Source of the DNA: Vitrella brassicaformis CCMP3155
Lineage: Eukaryota > Protista > Chromerida
DNA length: 64,000 nt
Reading direction: 5' to 3'
Assembly (NCBI GenBank): GCA_001179505.1
Contig: CDMY01000238.1
Coordinates: 90,201 to 154,200, forward strand
Both the position numbers and the translations under genes were made by a program. The notes under the pieces were generated by a model, which searched no databases, was not told the origin of the DNA, and worked only from the letters and a program-made list of their open reading frames with translations. Shown one piece after another: positions 1 through 11,200 of this stretch (position 1 is its first letter; each line of letters starts with the position of its first letter).

Positions 1-781
1 CCCACAACATGGCCCTCACATGACGATCGGACGCTGCGAATGGTGGCGCGGCGTCATATCGTGACGGGTGAGCTACCAGCGCAGCAGCGTTGCTCTGGAG
101 GCGGAATGGCTGACATATCTTTCTTTGGTGTGTCTGCTGGTGCGGTTTGTCTTCAGGTAGCTTTCCTCTTTCTCTTTGCTCTTTCTTTATCGCACCTCTG
201 TTGCCGACTCCCTCCCTGGGTGTGAAGCGTACCATTCTGTATGCTATGTGCTCGTCTTTCTGCAGCGATATGATTGAGCACCGCTGATTGACATCGTGTT
301 CACACCCACATCTCACCTGCTGATGTGAGCGGGAATATGATGTGTTGAGCGATGGTCAAATGTTGCCGCAATGGGCGTGCGAGTGTATATGCTGTTGGCT
401 GGACGAGGCTATCTGCGTCTTTTTGTGTGTGATGGCCGGATGGCCGCACAGTGCATGCGACAGACCAATGTGTGTACAGCCCTGACGGATTCATGATATT
501 GCATTCACGTGTGCAGAGAGAGGCTCTTGCATCAATACGTACAACCACCAACTCAACGTTGGTTTGTCGACGGTCGGTCTCCATTGCAGGGTTCGGTCTG
601 CAGGGTTCGGTGCTGGGTTTGGGTTATAGGGCACTCAAACCCGTCACCAGCGCCGGTTTCGCCATCACTCCCTTTCCCCTTTCCGCCTCCCCACCAGGGG
701 CTTAGAGGCTATCTATCCTTCGCTGATGCCACCATTACGCGCCCTTCTTCCAATCTCGGCGGATGGTTCGCCGCCCATCTC

Positions 782-2348
782 ATGAACCGTTCTCCAGGCA
801 GCTTCACAGAGCCTGCCGACACACTGGACAGCACAGGTTATCCCTTTCCGCCTTTCCCGTCACCCTCTTCTGCTGCTGGTCGTCGCGTCAGACCAGCGGC
901 TGACAGAACAAGCGCCGAGAGCGGCAGTCCTCCACTGGCTGCTTCACATGGCGGGCATATGGTGAGCACAGCGATAGAAGTGACCACGATGAGTGGCTGT
1001 GCAATTGTTGATGCTTGTGTTGATGTCTGTTGTGAATGGCTCAGGAACGAGGAAAGAAGCGGAGTTTGGGTCCTCTCGACGAGGCAATGGTCGAGACGCG
1101 CTCAGACAAGAGGAGGAGGTGGACGCCCGACATTGAGCCGCCATCCAGCAGTGGAAGCGGTGACGACGAAATCCTCTCGGGGTCAGTAACGAGGCGGGAC
1201 GATCATCTGGACTGAACTGCAGCCAGAGATCACTGTCTGTGACATTTCAGGTCCACAGCGCCTCCATCTGAGTCGGCTCCTCTGCTCTTCGGCCCCTCCC
1301 CTCCCCCTCCCCCGCCCTCCAGCGCCCACAGGCAGCCATCTCCACCTCTCCCCTCACGCCATCTGTTCGAGCCCCCAGTGACGCACCCCTCTGTGCCGCC
1401 GTTCCCCTTCAACAGCCACGGCGATGCCAACAAGAAGTGGCCTCACCGGCCCCCATCGCCTCCTCCCCTCTCGAGCGGATCGTTCTCGTGCGTCAATCCC
1501 CCTGTTCTGGAGGGGCAGCACGACACTGGCGGCCCCATGTTGTCCCGCTATCGGTCGGAGGACCACCATGCGAGCGCTAAGCACGCCAGCGGAGCGCCGC
1601 GGCCACTGGTCCAACAGCAGGCTGATGTTGAGATGCGGCCATCAACGCCGGCCATCCCGCTCCCCTCCCCCCGGCCGTCCCGCTCGACGTCATCGTCCGG
1701 CTCGTCGTCGGGTGCGTCGCCCCAGTTTCGCGGCATGTCGTTGAATCCGCCGCCCGGTCGGCTGCTAGAGCTCGGAGAGAGGGAGGCGGGCCGAGGGGTA
1801 CGGCACTTCTCGCATGCCGCCTCCATGGGTGGTGTGAGCGGCGCCATGACGCAAGAAGAGGTGAGAGAGATGAACGAGGCGACTCTCTTTATTGAGGGAC
1901 TGCAAATCACGCTTTTGTTGGTTCCTCTATCCGTGTTGAGCAGATTCTGCGCGTGCGGCGGGCGCGTAAACGGCCCCGCAAGCACACCCCTCCCCCGTCC
2001 CACCTGGTCCCCCACCTCCCCCACCGTCGCGTACAGGCCACTTCGAGCGCCGCTGCCGGGCCGCCCCAGCCGGCCGGTCGGCTGCCGTGCATCCCCGAGT
2101 TGGACGAGAACGAGGAGGAAGGCAACAACGACACACCGCCAGCTGAGAGGAATGCTGGCGGTGAGAGCGAAGAGAGGCGGGCGGATGGGGATAGCCACGG
2201 CCACGGTCACGGTCACGGGCAAGGAAGCGAGGAGTGCGGGTGTCACCGTGGTGGTCAGCCTGGGACTGGCAGATGTCCAATGGAGCTGTCGCCAGTCGTG
2301 CAGTCGCCCACCGCAGCATCGGCACCCCATCCCCACCCCCCTGCATAA
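782..2348 (+). CDS. Hypothetical low-complexity (Pro/Ser-rich, probably disordered) protein, about 4 exons
   Basis: Manual splice model with GT-AG junctions: exons about 782-961, 1045-1183, 1251-1860, 1944-2348. It joins MNRSPGSF..., the 1378 ORF and the 1953 ORF (...HPHPPA*). No recognisable domain. Confidence 0.5.
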
Positions 2349-2995
2349 CGATGAACAAGATTACATACATGGCCTCTTTTGCGTTCGAGGGGTGTGCCGT
2401 AGCTACTCTCTCTATCGCTGATGTCAGTGGCTGAGCGAGTGAGTGGAGCGATTTTTCGCGTCATGCATCCTGCAGATGGGTGGCTGTATGAGATATCTAT
2501 CGCTCGGGCTGGGGGGGGAGGGGGTATGCAGAGGAGCGTTCGTACAGTGGATATGCAGACAGCCAGATAGACAGGCGAGTGCTGCTTGCTCCCATGTGGT
2601 GTGGGAGCAAGTGGTGCGAGGCTGTTCATGTTGGTCAGATTGGCCAAAGCGCTCAAAGAGCCAAATGGCACACGTGTACCCATCCATACACACATGCATG
2701 CTGTACAGATACCCATACATCCTTCCACACAGCGAGAGACGAGAGAGAGAGAGAGAGAGCTCTGAACTGATGTGGCAGGAGTAGCCAAACAGGCAGAGAG
2801 GAGAGGAGAGGATGATGAGTGCAGTCGGTGCGTACAGATGTAGTCGGCGGCTGCTGACTGGCTGGCAGCATGGGTGCACTTACTCTGTGGTTGCTGACGT
2901 GTACGTCACAGCGACAAAGATGATTTTTGAGATACGTGAACATGTATGCGTGGACAGAAACATGCTCCACGAGTGTCAGCTGCTGAATGAGTGGG

Positions 2996-5247
2996 TCATT
3001 CTCGATAATACGAACATGAACACACGCTGCGATCAACACCACCCACTGCCACCAGCAATGTCCGCCTGGCTGTGTTGCTCGCCACTCGCTCACTCATTAA
3101 GTGCCTGTCTCGCCTGGACTTTCTGGCCTTCTTAAACCGGCTCTTGCGCACCTCGCACCACCCATCGCCGCCCACACGCACCATCCCCTCCTGCCCTTCC
3201 TTCTCCTTCTGTGTGGTGGACGTGATGGACATGGCACTGTCACTCGACGTCGAACTGAGCTGCGACAGACTCTCATCAGCGTCACGCGACTGAGGCACAC
3301 CCACGCACACGCACCCCAACACCAACAGATGAAGAGACGGATGGCTCTGTGCGTGTGCCGTGCATCGTGTGTGTGGACCTCATCCAGGTGCGATGCGGGG
3401 ACGTCGTGCAGCTTGCGCTTGGGGGAGGCCGACAACCTGAGCAGACACGATCGGATGGATGGCCCCACAAAGAATGGCGGTGTTGTCTGTCGTCCACCTA
3501 CGTGCGTGGCCGGTCTTTGGTGTCGGTATAGGATGTGGTGTTTGGGCTGGTGGAGGTGGAGGTGGGAGGAGGGTCCTGCTCGTGACAACCGATAGCCGAG
3601 TACTGCGACACACACGCAGCCTCGTAGTCGTAATCGTCGAGGACAAGGTCTTCCTGACGTCGCAGGCATTGTACGGAAGAGAGAGAGACGCTCGTCCGTC
3701 TTTGTGATAATCTGCGTACTTGTGTGTCGTTGGTTGGCTGTATGTGAGTGTGTGTTGCATCGTCCGTGTCGCCGATCATGCTCAACAGCCGATGAATCGC
3801 GCGGCTCGTGTAGGGATCCTCCACCGCGCGACCCGACGCCTCAAACGCACACACAGTAGTCTGAAACACAGAACAACCCGCCACACCACACCACACACAG
3901 TCGTGTGCATACCATGCTTATGTCTCCTTTGGCTGTGTGCTGACCTGCCGATCGATGTCAGCCTCGCCACTGTCGTCTTGCTCATCATCCCGTTCCAGGG
4001 TGATGATGGATCTCGACGTCTCGTCGCTGCGCACCAGAACCACACTGCATCCACAAAGACACACAAATGACAAATGGGGGTGAGGTCTCGAGATGTGTGT
4101 GTCGTGTGCCTTTGTGTGTATACGTGTCGTCTTTGGATAGATCCATGGTCCATGAGGTGCCGTCGTCGCATGTCAGCAGATCATCGAAGCTCCTCAGACA
4201 CAAACAGACTTGCTGCAGGAAATCCATCCATCCATCCATCCATTCATCCATGCGGTCGGTGTGTCTTGGAGTGTGGTGTCGGCTGACCGAGTGCATGATA
4301 TCGAGTGTGGGCTCGATGCCCTCCATCCCCTCACGCATACGATAGTCGTGGATGAAACGAACCTGACGCAGGCTCACAGAGACACAGGTAAGCTGCCGCA
4401 AGTGTGTGTTTGCGTGTGTGTACTTTGACGATGTCTGGCACGGCGGATCTGTTGTCGACGCCAATCTCGCCCTCCTCACGCTCCAACTTACTGCATGTAC
4501 CACACACAGACGTACATGCGAGGCGGAACCTTTGTGTGTGAGTGTATTGGTCGCAATAGCACCATCTGACGTAGTCGATGGCTGCCCACACACGAGCAAC
4601 AGTGGAGGGAAGCCATCAAAACACAGGCTGGCCAAGTTGTTTCGGTTGTTTGTTTGCTTGCCTTGCATCTCCTGCTGCCCGTCGCCGATGACGACAGCAC
4701 GCCCCACCACACCGTCCACCTTCTCAAACACCTGAGCAAATGCCTCCTCCTGCACAACCACACACACACAGAGCCGCAAACCAACGAATGAATGATAGAG
4801 TGGTCTGTCGCCCTCACCCTTGCCCCATGCTTTTCTGACCTTCCATGTGTATGGTGTCGTCTTGCCGCTGAAGAGGTCGCGGGCAGAGATGATCTCCACA
4901 CCTTCCTCGATGAGCAGGCCCCACAGCCGCGGCATGAAATCCTGCATGGTGTCCCTGATCCATGGCATTCTGCCGTTGCTGACAATCACCACCACACTGC
5001 GGCAACATCCGCCCAGCCCGCCGTCGCCGCCACAGGCCTTGCTGATGAGGTCCAGGCAGGCGCTCTCGTGGTCGAAGATGGCCGTGGCGAAGCAGCTGTT
5101 GACCTTGTATCGTTTGTCGTACTGCTGCGTGGTCATCCACGATGTGTAGAAGAGCGTGTCGTCATAGTCGAGCAGCCACAGGGTGATGGGGTGTTGCGGA
5201 CGGGCAGCTGGACGGGCAGGGGAGGTGCCGCCAGTGATCTCCGCCAT
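2996..5247 (-). CDS. HAD-superfamily-like protein (DxDDT motif) with low-complexity C-terminal extension, multi-exon
   Basis: ATG at 5247 (MAEITGG). Motifs LLDYDDTLFYTSW (HAD motif I), VVIVSNGRMPWI (motif II-like) and AVVIGDG (motif IV-like). Downstream exons inferred through the 3498-3896 and 2996-3325 ORFs; the 3' end is uncertain. Confidence 0.65.
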
Positions 5248-5365
5248 CGTATGACGAGCTAGCGCGGCCTCTTCAACACTGATGGCTCCACAAACGATTT
5301 GCAAAGAGAAAAACCAACTCCGAGCCGAAAGGCAGAGGTCTGAATGTTTACTGTGAGTCAATCAG

Positions 5366-5401
5366 TTTCACAGACCTCTAACGTTTCAGAGACCTCTAAC
5401 G
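5366..5401. promoter_or_regulatory. 18-bp tandem direct repeat in the divergent promoter between the HAD gene and LAMTOR2
   Basis: TTTCACAGACCTCTAACG followed directly by TTTCAGAGACCTCTAACG (1 mismatch). The regulatory role is inferred from position only. Confidence 0.35.
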
Positions 5402-5497
5402 CAACCACGGGGGAGAGTGATCTGCCTTGTATGCCTTCGATGCACTCTTCCATGCAGCAGTTGGGTCCACATTGAGCTGTGATCTACGTCAAGGTCG

Positions 5498-6035
5498 ATG
5501 GCGACGGGCCTCCTGCGTGCCGGCAACCTCAGCGCGTGTCTGAGGCAGGAGAAGGCCTCATGCCCCGCCATCGAGAACATCGTGTGAGCACAGCAAAAGC
5601 AACAGAGAGATGCAGCGTCTCAATGTCATCTGCCTTCATTCGCTGTGCTTTTTCATCGTGGCAGGCTGTATGAGTTGTCTGGCGGGGTGGTCGCAGCTGC
5701 AGAGAAGGCAGACGAGGAGCAAACAATCATCGTCGGTGAGAGGGATCAAGGCAGTCATCAGTCTGTGCTGTGACCCTTGCATCCCTTCTCGCTCTGCTGC
5801 TGCAGGTGCTGTGTTAGTGAATGTGTACACCGAGTACATCGCCTTCTCGGAGCAGTCCAACCAGCCGCTCAACACGGTGCTGCTGAGCACACAGCACAAG
5901 ACGATAGCCATGACGGCCATCGGCAACCTCATCCTCTGTGTGGTCGGCACCAAGGACGCACCACCAGGACTTCTGCAAAACAAGGTCTGTCAGGACACAC
6001 AGACATACTAGGCATCAGTGCACCTGTTCCCTGGC

Positions 6036-6071
<36 letters not shown>

Positions 6072-6127
6072 AGATGGAGCTGTTGAGAAACAACCTGACG
6101 CCGATATTTCGGGCGCTTGGGTATTGA
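5498..6127 (+). CDS. LAMTOR2: Ragulator complex subunit LAMTOR2 (p14)-like roadblock-fold protein, 4 exons
   Basis: Spliced product MATGLLRAGNLSACLRQ...GAVLVNVYTEY...LNTVLLSTQHKTIAMTAIGNLILCVVGTKDAPPGLLQNKMELLRNNLTPIFRALGY*. By eye it matches the LAMTOR2 pattern (MLRPKALTQVLSQ...AIASNIWAAY...VAITRVANLLLCMYAK...GMLKAKAQAL) and is about 130 aa long. Confidence 0.75.
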
Positions 6128-6451
6128 GGCCTGCCTGTACGTTCCTGTAGAGTGCTCGTGGTTGGTCTTGACCAGGGGTGTGCTGTACAGAAGCTGTATG
6201 AGCCCGAGCGTACTTACTCACCGATGTGTTCCAATGCGACATTTTCACGCAGACACACCAGGGAAAACTCACATTAAACATATCCGAACACGCACTCTCG
6301 GGTCCCGCCTCAACGCGTAGCCAGTTGGACACACAACACGGCTTAGAATGGTGCATAAAAACTCATTCTAGTGTTAACAAAGTCAAACAAACAGCCTTCA
6401 AAGCCGACCGAACCCCATCGCTTCCCCTTTGCCTGCGTGTATGTCTCACTG

Positions 6452-8025
6452 TTACAGGTCATGATGCGTGATAGGAATCTCTGCTTTGGTCGCCATGTCC
6501 CACACTTTCCTCAGCCTGACCTGCTGCTGACTAAACACAATGTACTCGTCCCCGGTGACCATGGCCGTCACGTGTATCGAGTCGTACTTTTCCTGCTGCA
6601 GGCTCTGGAGGGTGTGCTGGGCGATCTGGGCCTTGGTGATGGTCTTGACCCTCCCCAGGTACACTCTGGCCTCGATCATGCAGCCGCGGTGGAGGGCCTT
6701 GTTGTTGGTGATTTGCTCGGACGCCGCACTGAAGAGACACACACGCGCGCACGTACATGCAGAGACAGCACATTCACGCCATGATGTGTCATGTGCTTAC
6801 AAGTAGATGCCGCCCCCAACGAGACCGCCAGTACCAGGCTTCATGTTGCGACCCGCCGCGATCGCCTGACCTGCCGCTATGGATGTCTGGTGGTACAGCG
6901 TGACGGCCTTGGGGCAGTCTTTGGCCCAGTGCTTGCTGTCCTTGTCGCCAGACAGACGGCAGTAGTGCTGCTTGTGCTTCGTCTTGCACCCCTTGACGAG
7001 ACATTTCATGCAGTCCCTGGTCAGGTGGTCGTTGATCTTGCCGCATCGACGACACTTGTGTCTCGAGTGGTCCTTTCGGCAGCCCCGCACAGGGCAGCGA
7101 GGTGGGGATGGAGAGCGGCCGCGAGACGACGAGCCGCCGCCCTGCTGAGATGAGATCGTCAGGTTGCTGAGCAGCATGGCAGCCAGCAGCCGCTGATCGA
7201 CCGCCTGAGGGAACAGACAGGTGCATGCAGGTGAAGAGCCAGACAGTGGTGTTTGTGGTGGGCGCGTGTGCCCACCGGGGCTGCATTGGCGCCCTGTTCG
7301 TTGCTGCTGTTCTGCTGGCATGAGGCGCCTGCTGGTGGCGACTGCATCATCGATGCCAGCAGCTGCGCCGTCAAATGCTGCAAAGAGACACAGCATCGGA
7401 GTCACTTGCACCCGTACGTCAGGGCACTTCTGCACCTGCATCAGATCGGGCTGCATCGGGTTGTTGCCGGCACATGACGTCGAAGAGGCCGACGTGCTGG
7501 CCTGCGACCGTGATCTCCGTCGGGACCGCCGGCCGGATGCGCTCGAACGAGCCTGACACAGACAGCATCAGCCATAGGAGACACGATTCAGCCTTCACAT
7601 CCACCAGCCCCGTACAAGTCACCTCCGAGTCAGACTTTGAGCTGTCCGAGTCATTGCCGTCATCTCCTTCTCCGCCCGAGTCGCTGTCGCCGGCCTCCGG
7701 TGAGGGCTTCTTGAGCGTGGGGCATGCAGACGAGTAGTGATCAGAGTCCTGCAGCCAGGCAAACAGACGGAAACGCATCGGTGTTTCGGTGCATCATTGG
7801 CATTCGTTCTTAGTTGAACAGGACCGTGTCGCCGCAGGTTTTGCAGTAGTGCTTGCCCGTCCTCTGGCAGTTGGGGTGAGTGCAGGAAGGGATCTTGCAG
7901 CCGCCGGACTTACTCGCCTGACAGACAGACAGACAGACAGACAGGGACGCATCAAGCACCGAAGTGAGATGTGTCCAGGATGAGCGAGCGGTCCGTCATC
8001 AAGCCAATCTTCCCACCTGCGACAT
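6452..8025 (-). CDS. Zinc-finger-repeat + PARP-like ADP-ribosyltransferase (H-Y-E clade, compact Gig2-like catalytic domain)
   Basis: Exon 1 ATGTCGCAG (8025-8017), exon 2 7917-7825, further exons to the stop at 6452. Catalytic region TLYHQTS...GLVGGGIY|FAAS...MIEARVYLGRVK...YDSI...GDEYIV has His (6890-6892), Tyr (6803-6805) and Glu (6545-6547). Three Cys/His modules at 7719-7899 and 6911-7096. Confidence 0.8.
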
Positions 8026-8285
8026 TTGACGATGCGCCGGTTGCCGCACCACCTCCCACACTCTTCAGGGCGTTCCCAGCTCCCTTTCTGTCGTGTGCGA
8101 GCTAGTCTCGTAATCCTGTTCCTTCGACCTGCGACGCCTATTCCTGGAGAGTAGCTATGCCTACCTCCCATTCCTTTCCCTTCCACGGTGACGTCGAGGC
8201 TCGTTTGTGCCCTTCTCTTGCCGTCCCTGACCATTCAGATCTCAGCCGATCTCTTGTTTCTCTCATCCGCTTCGCACCTGCCTCC
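8026..8285. promoter_or_regulatory. Putative bidirectional promoter shared by the ART and PARG genes
   Basis: 260-bp interval between the two divergent predicted ATGs (8025 on minus, 8286 on plus). No specific motif recognised. Confidence 0.5.
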
Positions 8286-11200
8286 ATGCCTATTTCCAGC
8301 CAAGCGAAGAAAGCGAACTCAAAAAAGAACGAGGACAACCGCTCCCACTTTGAGCGTGTGCAGCAGTTCTTCGGTCTTGGCAACGGAAGCAACCCCATGG
8401 GCTGCCGTGTGAAGGGCTGCACTTTCCAAAACTGCCAGAAGACGGGCAAGCACTACTGCAAGAGCTGTGGCGACACGGACTCGGACCATTTCGCCTCGGA
8501 CTGCCCCCGCTTGCGCGGCGGACAGAACGCATCGAAACACTCGGTAGGCAGGCACAACAACAGACCAACTGTTTCTTGCGTGTGTGTGCAAAGCTGATCT
8601 GCTGTCTCTTGTGTTTCCGTTGCTGTGTGGCCTGCAGGGTGGCTCATCATCGTCAGGGCGGTCCCACGGCCACCACCCGCCCGACAGCCACGGCCACCAC
8701 CGCGGCTACCAGGACAGAGATCTCAGCCGCTCGAGGCAGCCAAGTTATGAGCCCAAGCCCCTGTCCTGCCGTGTCAAGGGCTGCACTCACCCCAACTGCC
8801 AGAAGACCGGCAAGCACTTCTGCAAGAACTGTGGCGACACGGTACCTAATAAAATCTCATGAGGCTTCGCCTGGGCTGCATGACCCTTTCTTTTCTCGCC
8901 TGGCTGCTTGCGTGCAGGATGCTGACCACTACTCGAAAGATTGCCACAAGAAACCCGGCATGCCCATGCCGCAAGCGATGCTTGACTGGGGACACACATC
9001 CAACACGCACTCGGTAAGTGAGCAGAACACACCATGCCAGTGCTGTGTGGGTGCAATTGGTGTGTGTGGTGCTCTTCTCTGCTCCGCTCTCTGCTGCAGG
9101 TGCATTCATCGCCTCCGCTGTCGTCATCGTCTTCCTCGTCTTCACCTTCGGCAGGCCTGTCGTCTCCCAGAGATGAGGGCTCGTCTCTCGTCGTCCATGC
9201 CATCCTCACCCACCATGCGGCGGAGCACGGACGCGCAAAGGACCCCGAGGACGTCACTCGTCTGCTGAGCGTGCTGCAGCAGCAAATGGGCGGCCAGGGG
9301 ATCTCATCGACCACGTTCCGTGGCGTGGAGAAGCTGTGGACCTCCATCTTCATCGACGAGACGCTGCCCGTCCTGTGTGACGTCCTGTCCAAGAGCGACC
9401 TCAGCTTTCCTCTCCGCCCCCCATGCAGCAACCCACACAGCAAAATGGAGAGACGGATGATGGCTCGCGAGTGCTTCGCCCTCGTCGGTGCGGGCTTCCT
9501 CTGCCTGCACAAGCACGACGATCCAGGCAGCCTCAACTTTGACCGCCTGTTCGACAACAGCACACCCTCGGGCATGGCCAAGCTGCAGTGCTTCATCAAC
9601 TACCTCGACACCATGGCGCGGGCCATCAAGGAGAACAAGAGCACCGAGACGGATCGTGTGGTCATCTTCCAAGCCCTGCATAGCCCAGCGGCGGGGCTTC
9701 AGGAGTGGTCGGAGTCGACTGCCACTCTGGTGGACGTGCGATTCGTGGAAGGCACCCAAGCATCCATCTTCGACTCGGAGGGCATTAGGGGCGACTTCGC
9801 CAACGAGGACATCGGTGGCGGAACGCTGGGAAACGGTACGCAGACCACCTCAGGGGACCCACATACCTCCTTGAATGTGTGTCTGTGTCTTGCCGCGTCT
9901 GTGTGAGTATTTCAGGTGCGGTGCAGGAGGAGATTCTGTTCTCGATCGAGCCCGAGTGCCTCGTCGCCCGCCACCTCTTCCCCAGGCCCATGGGATCGAC
10001 TGAGGCCTTCATGATCATCGGCTCGAGGACATTCAGCAAAACATCCGGCTACGGCCGCGAGACCCTCAGCTTCGCCGGGTCTCTTCTCGACACCGCCACC
10101 ATGATTCAGACACAAGCGGGTTCGTACCTGGACAAGTACATCGTGGCCTTCGATGCGGTCAACTTCGGCAAGCACGGGGGCGGTCAGCAGTACGACAAGA
10201 CATGTGTGCTGCGGGATCTCAACAAGGCGTACACGGCCTTCCACTGCAACAGCCTGACGGTCGTCGGTGGCATGCCATTCGCGACGGGGCAGTGAACCAC
10301 ACGGACGGAATGACAGTCACTGCCATCCTCTCTGGCCTCTTCATCTCTGTGTGTATGCGTGTATGTGCCCGTGCAGGCAATTGGGGCTGCGGTGTGTTTG
10401 GCCGCGATCCCCAGTGGAAGTTCCTCATCCAGTGGTGTGCTGCGACTCTCGCTGGGCGAAAGCTTGACTACTACCCAAGAGACGAGAAGAGCCTGATGGG
10501 CGCCAAGGACTTCATGCACAGCCTGAAGGACGCTGGGTGCGACACTGTGGGGGGATTGGTGCAGCTGATGTGCGATGGGCGCGTACGGAGGGCGATCGGG
10601 CCTCACATGTCGGCATTCGACGCCATCATGGCGGCGCTCATCGAGCAAAACACTCCGCCCTCGCCATCGAAGGTCAGCCGCCTTTGCGCGCCTTCCTGCA
10701 TCAACCAGACTGAGTGCTTGTGTGTGTGTGTGTGTGTGTGTGCTTGCAGTCCCACCTGACCTATCTTCCATTGTCAAACGGGCACCAGACCTATCGGCAG
10801 GCGTTGACCAACGGGCTGGCAGCACCACCACCGCCACACCCGGGAGATGGTGGATACGGCATGGTGAGCCAACTTGCCGTCGGAGGTGCAGCTGGCAATG
10901 TGCTCGTGTCTGCCTGTCTGTGTGTCTGTTTGTCAGGTACCATCTGCGGCCCTTCCTGAGCTGTCGGCCCCCACCGCAGGGGGACACTACACCAATGGGG
11001 AGAATCCAAGAGAGGTCGGTCGAGACACGACGCTCACACACATGTCACTGCTGTCTACTTATCTGTAGGCTGTTTACGAAGGGACAGCAGCGAAGAAGGA
11101 GCGGCCTCCAATGCTTCCGCCGCAGACAAACACGACGGCCAGCCATGCGACCGAGTACGCCAAAACAAGTAGAGAGGGGAGACGCAATGGTCGTGTAAGT

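Noticed and set aside
2192-2222. His-Gly repeat (SHGHGHGHG) as a metal-binding site
   Set aside because: A short simple repeat within a low-complexity protein; no supporting domain.
8403-8507. Assigning the Cys/His module to PBZ or a classical CCHC knuckle
   Set aside because: Ligand number and spacing do not fit PBZ, and the CCHC half has 5-6 rather than 4 residues before His. Left as unclassified.
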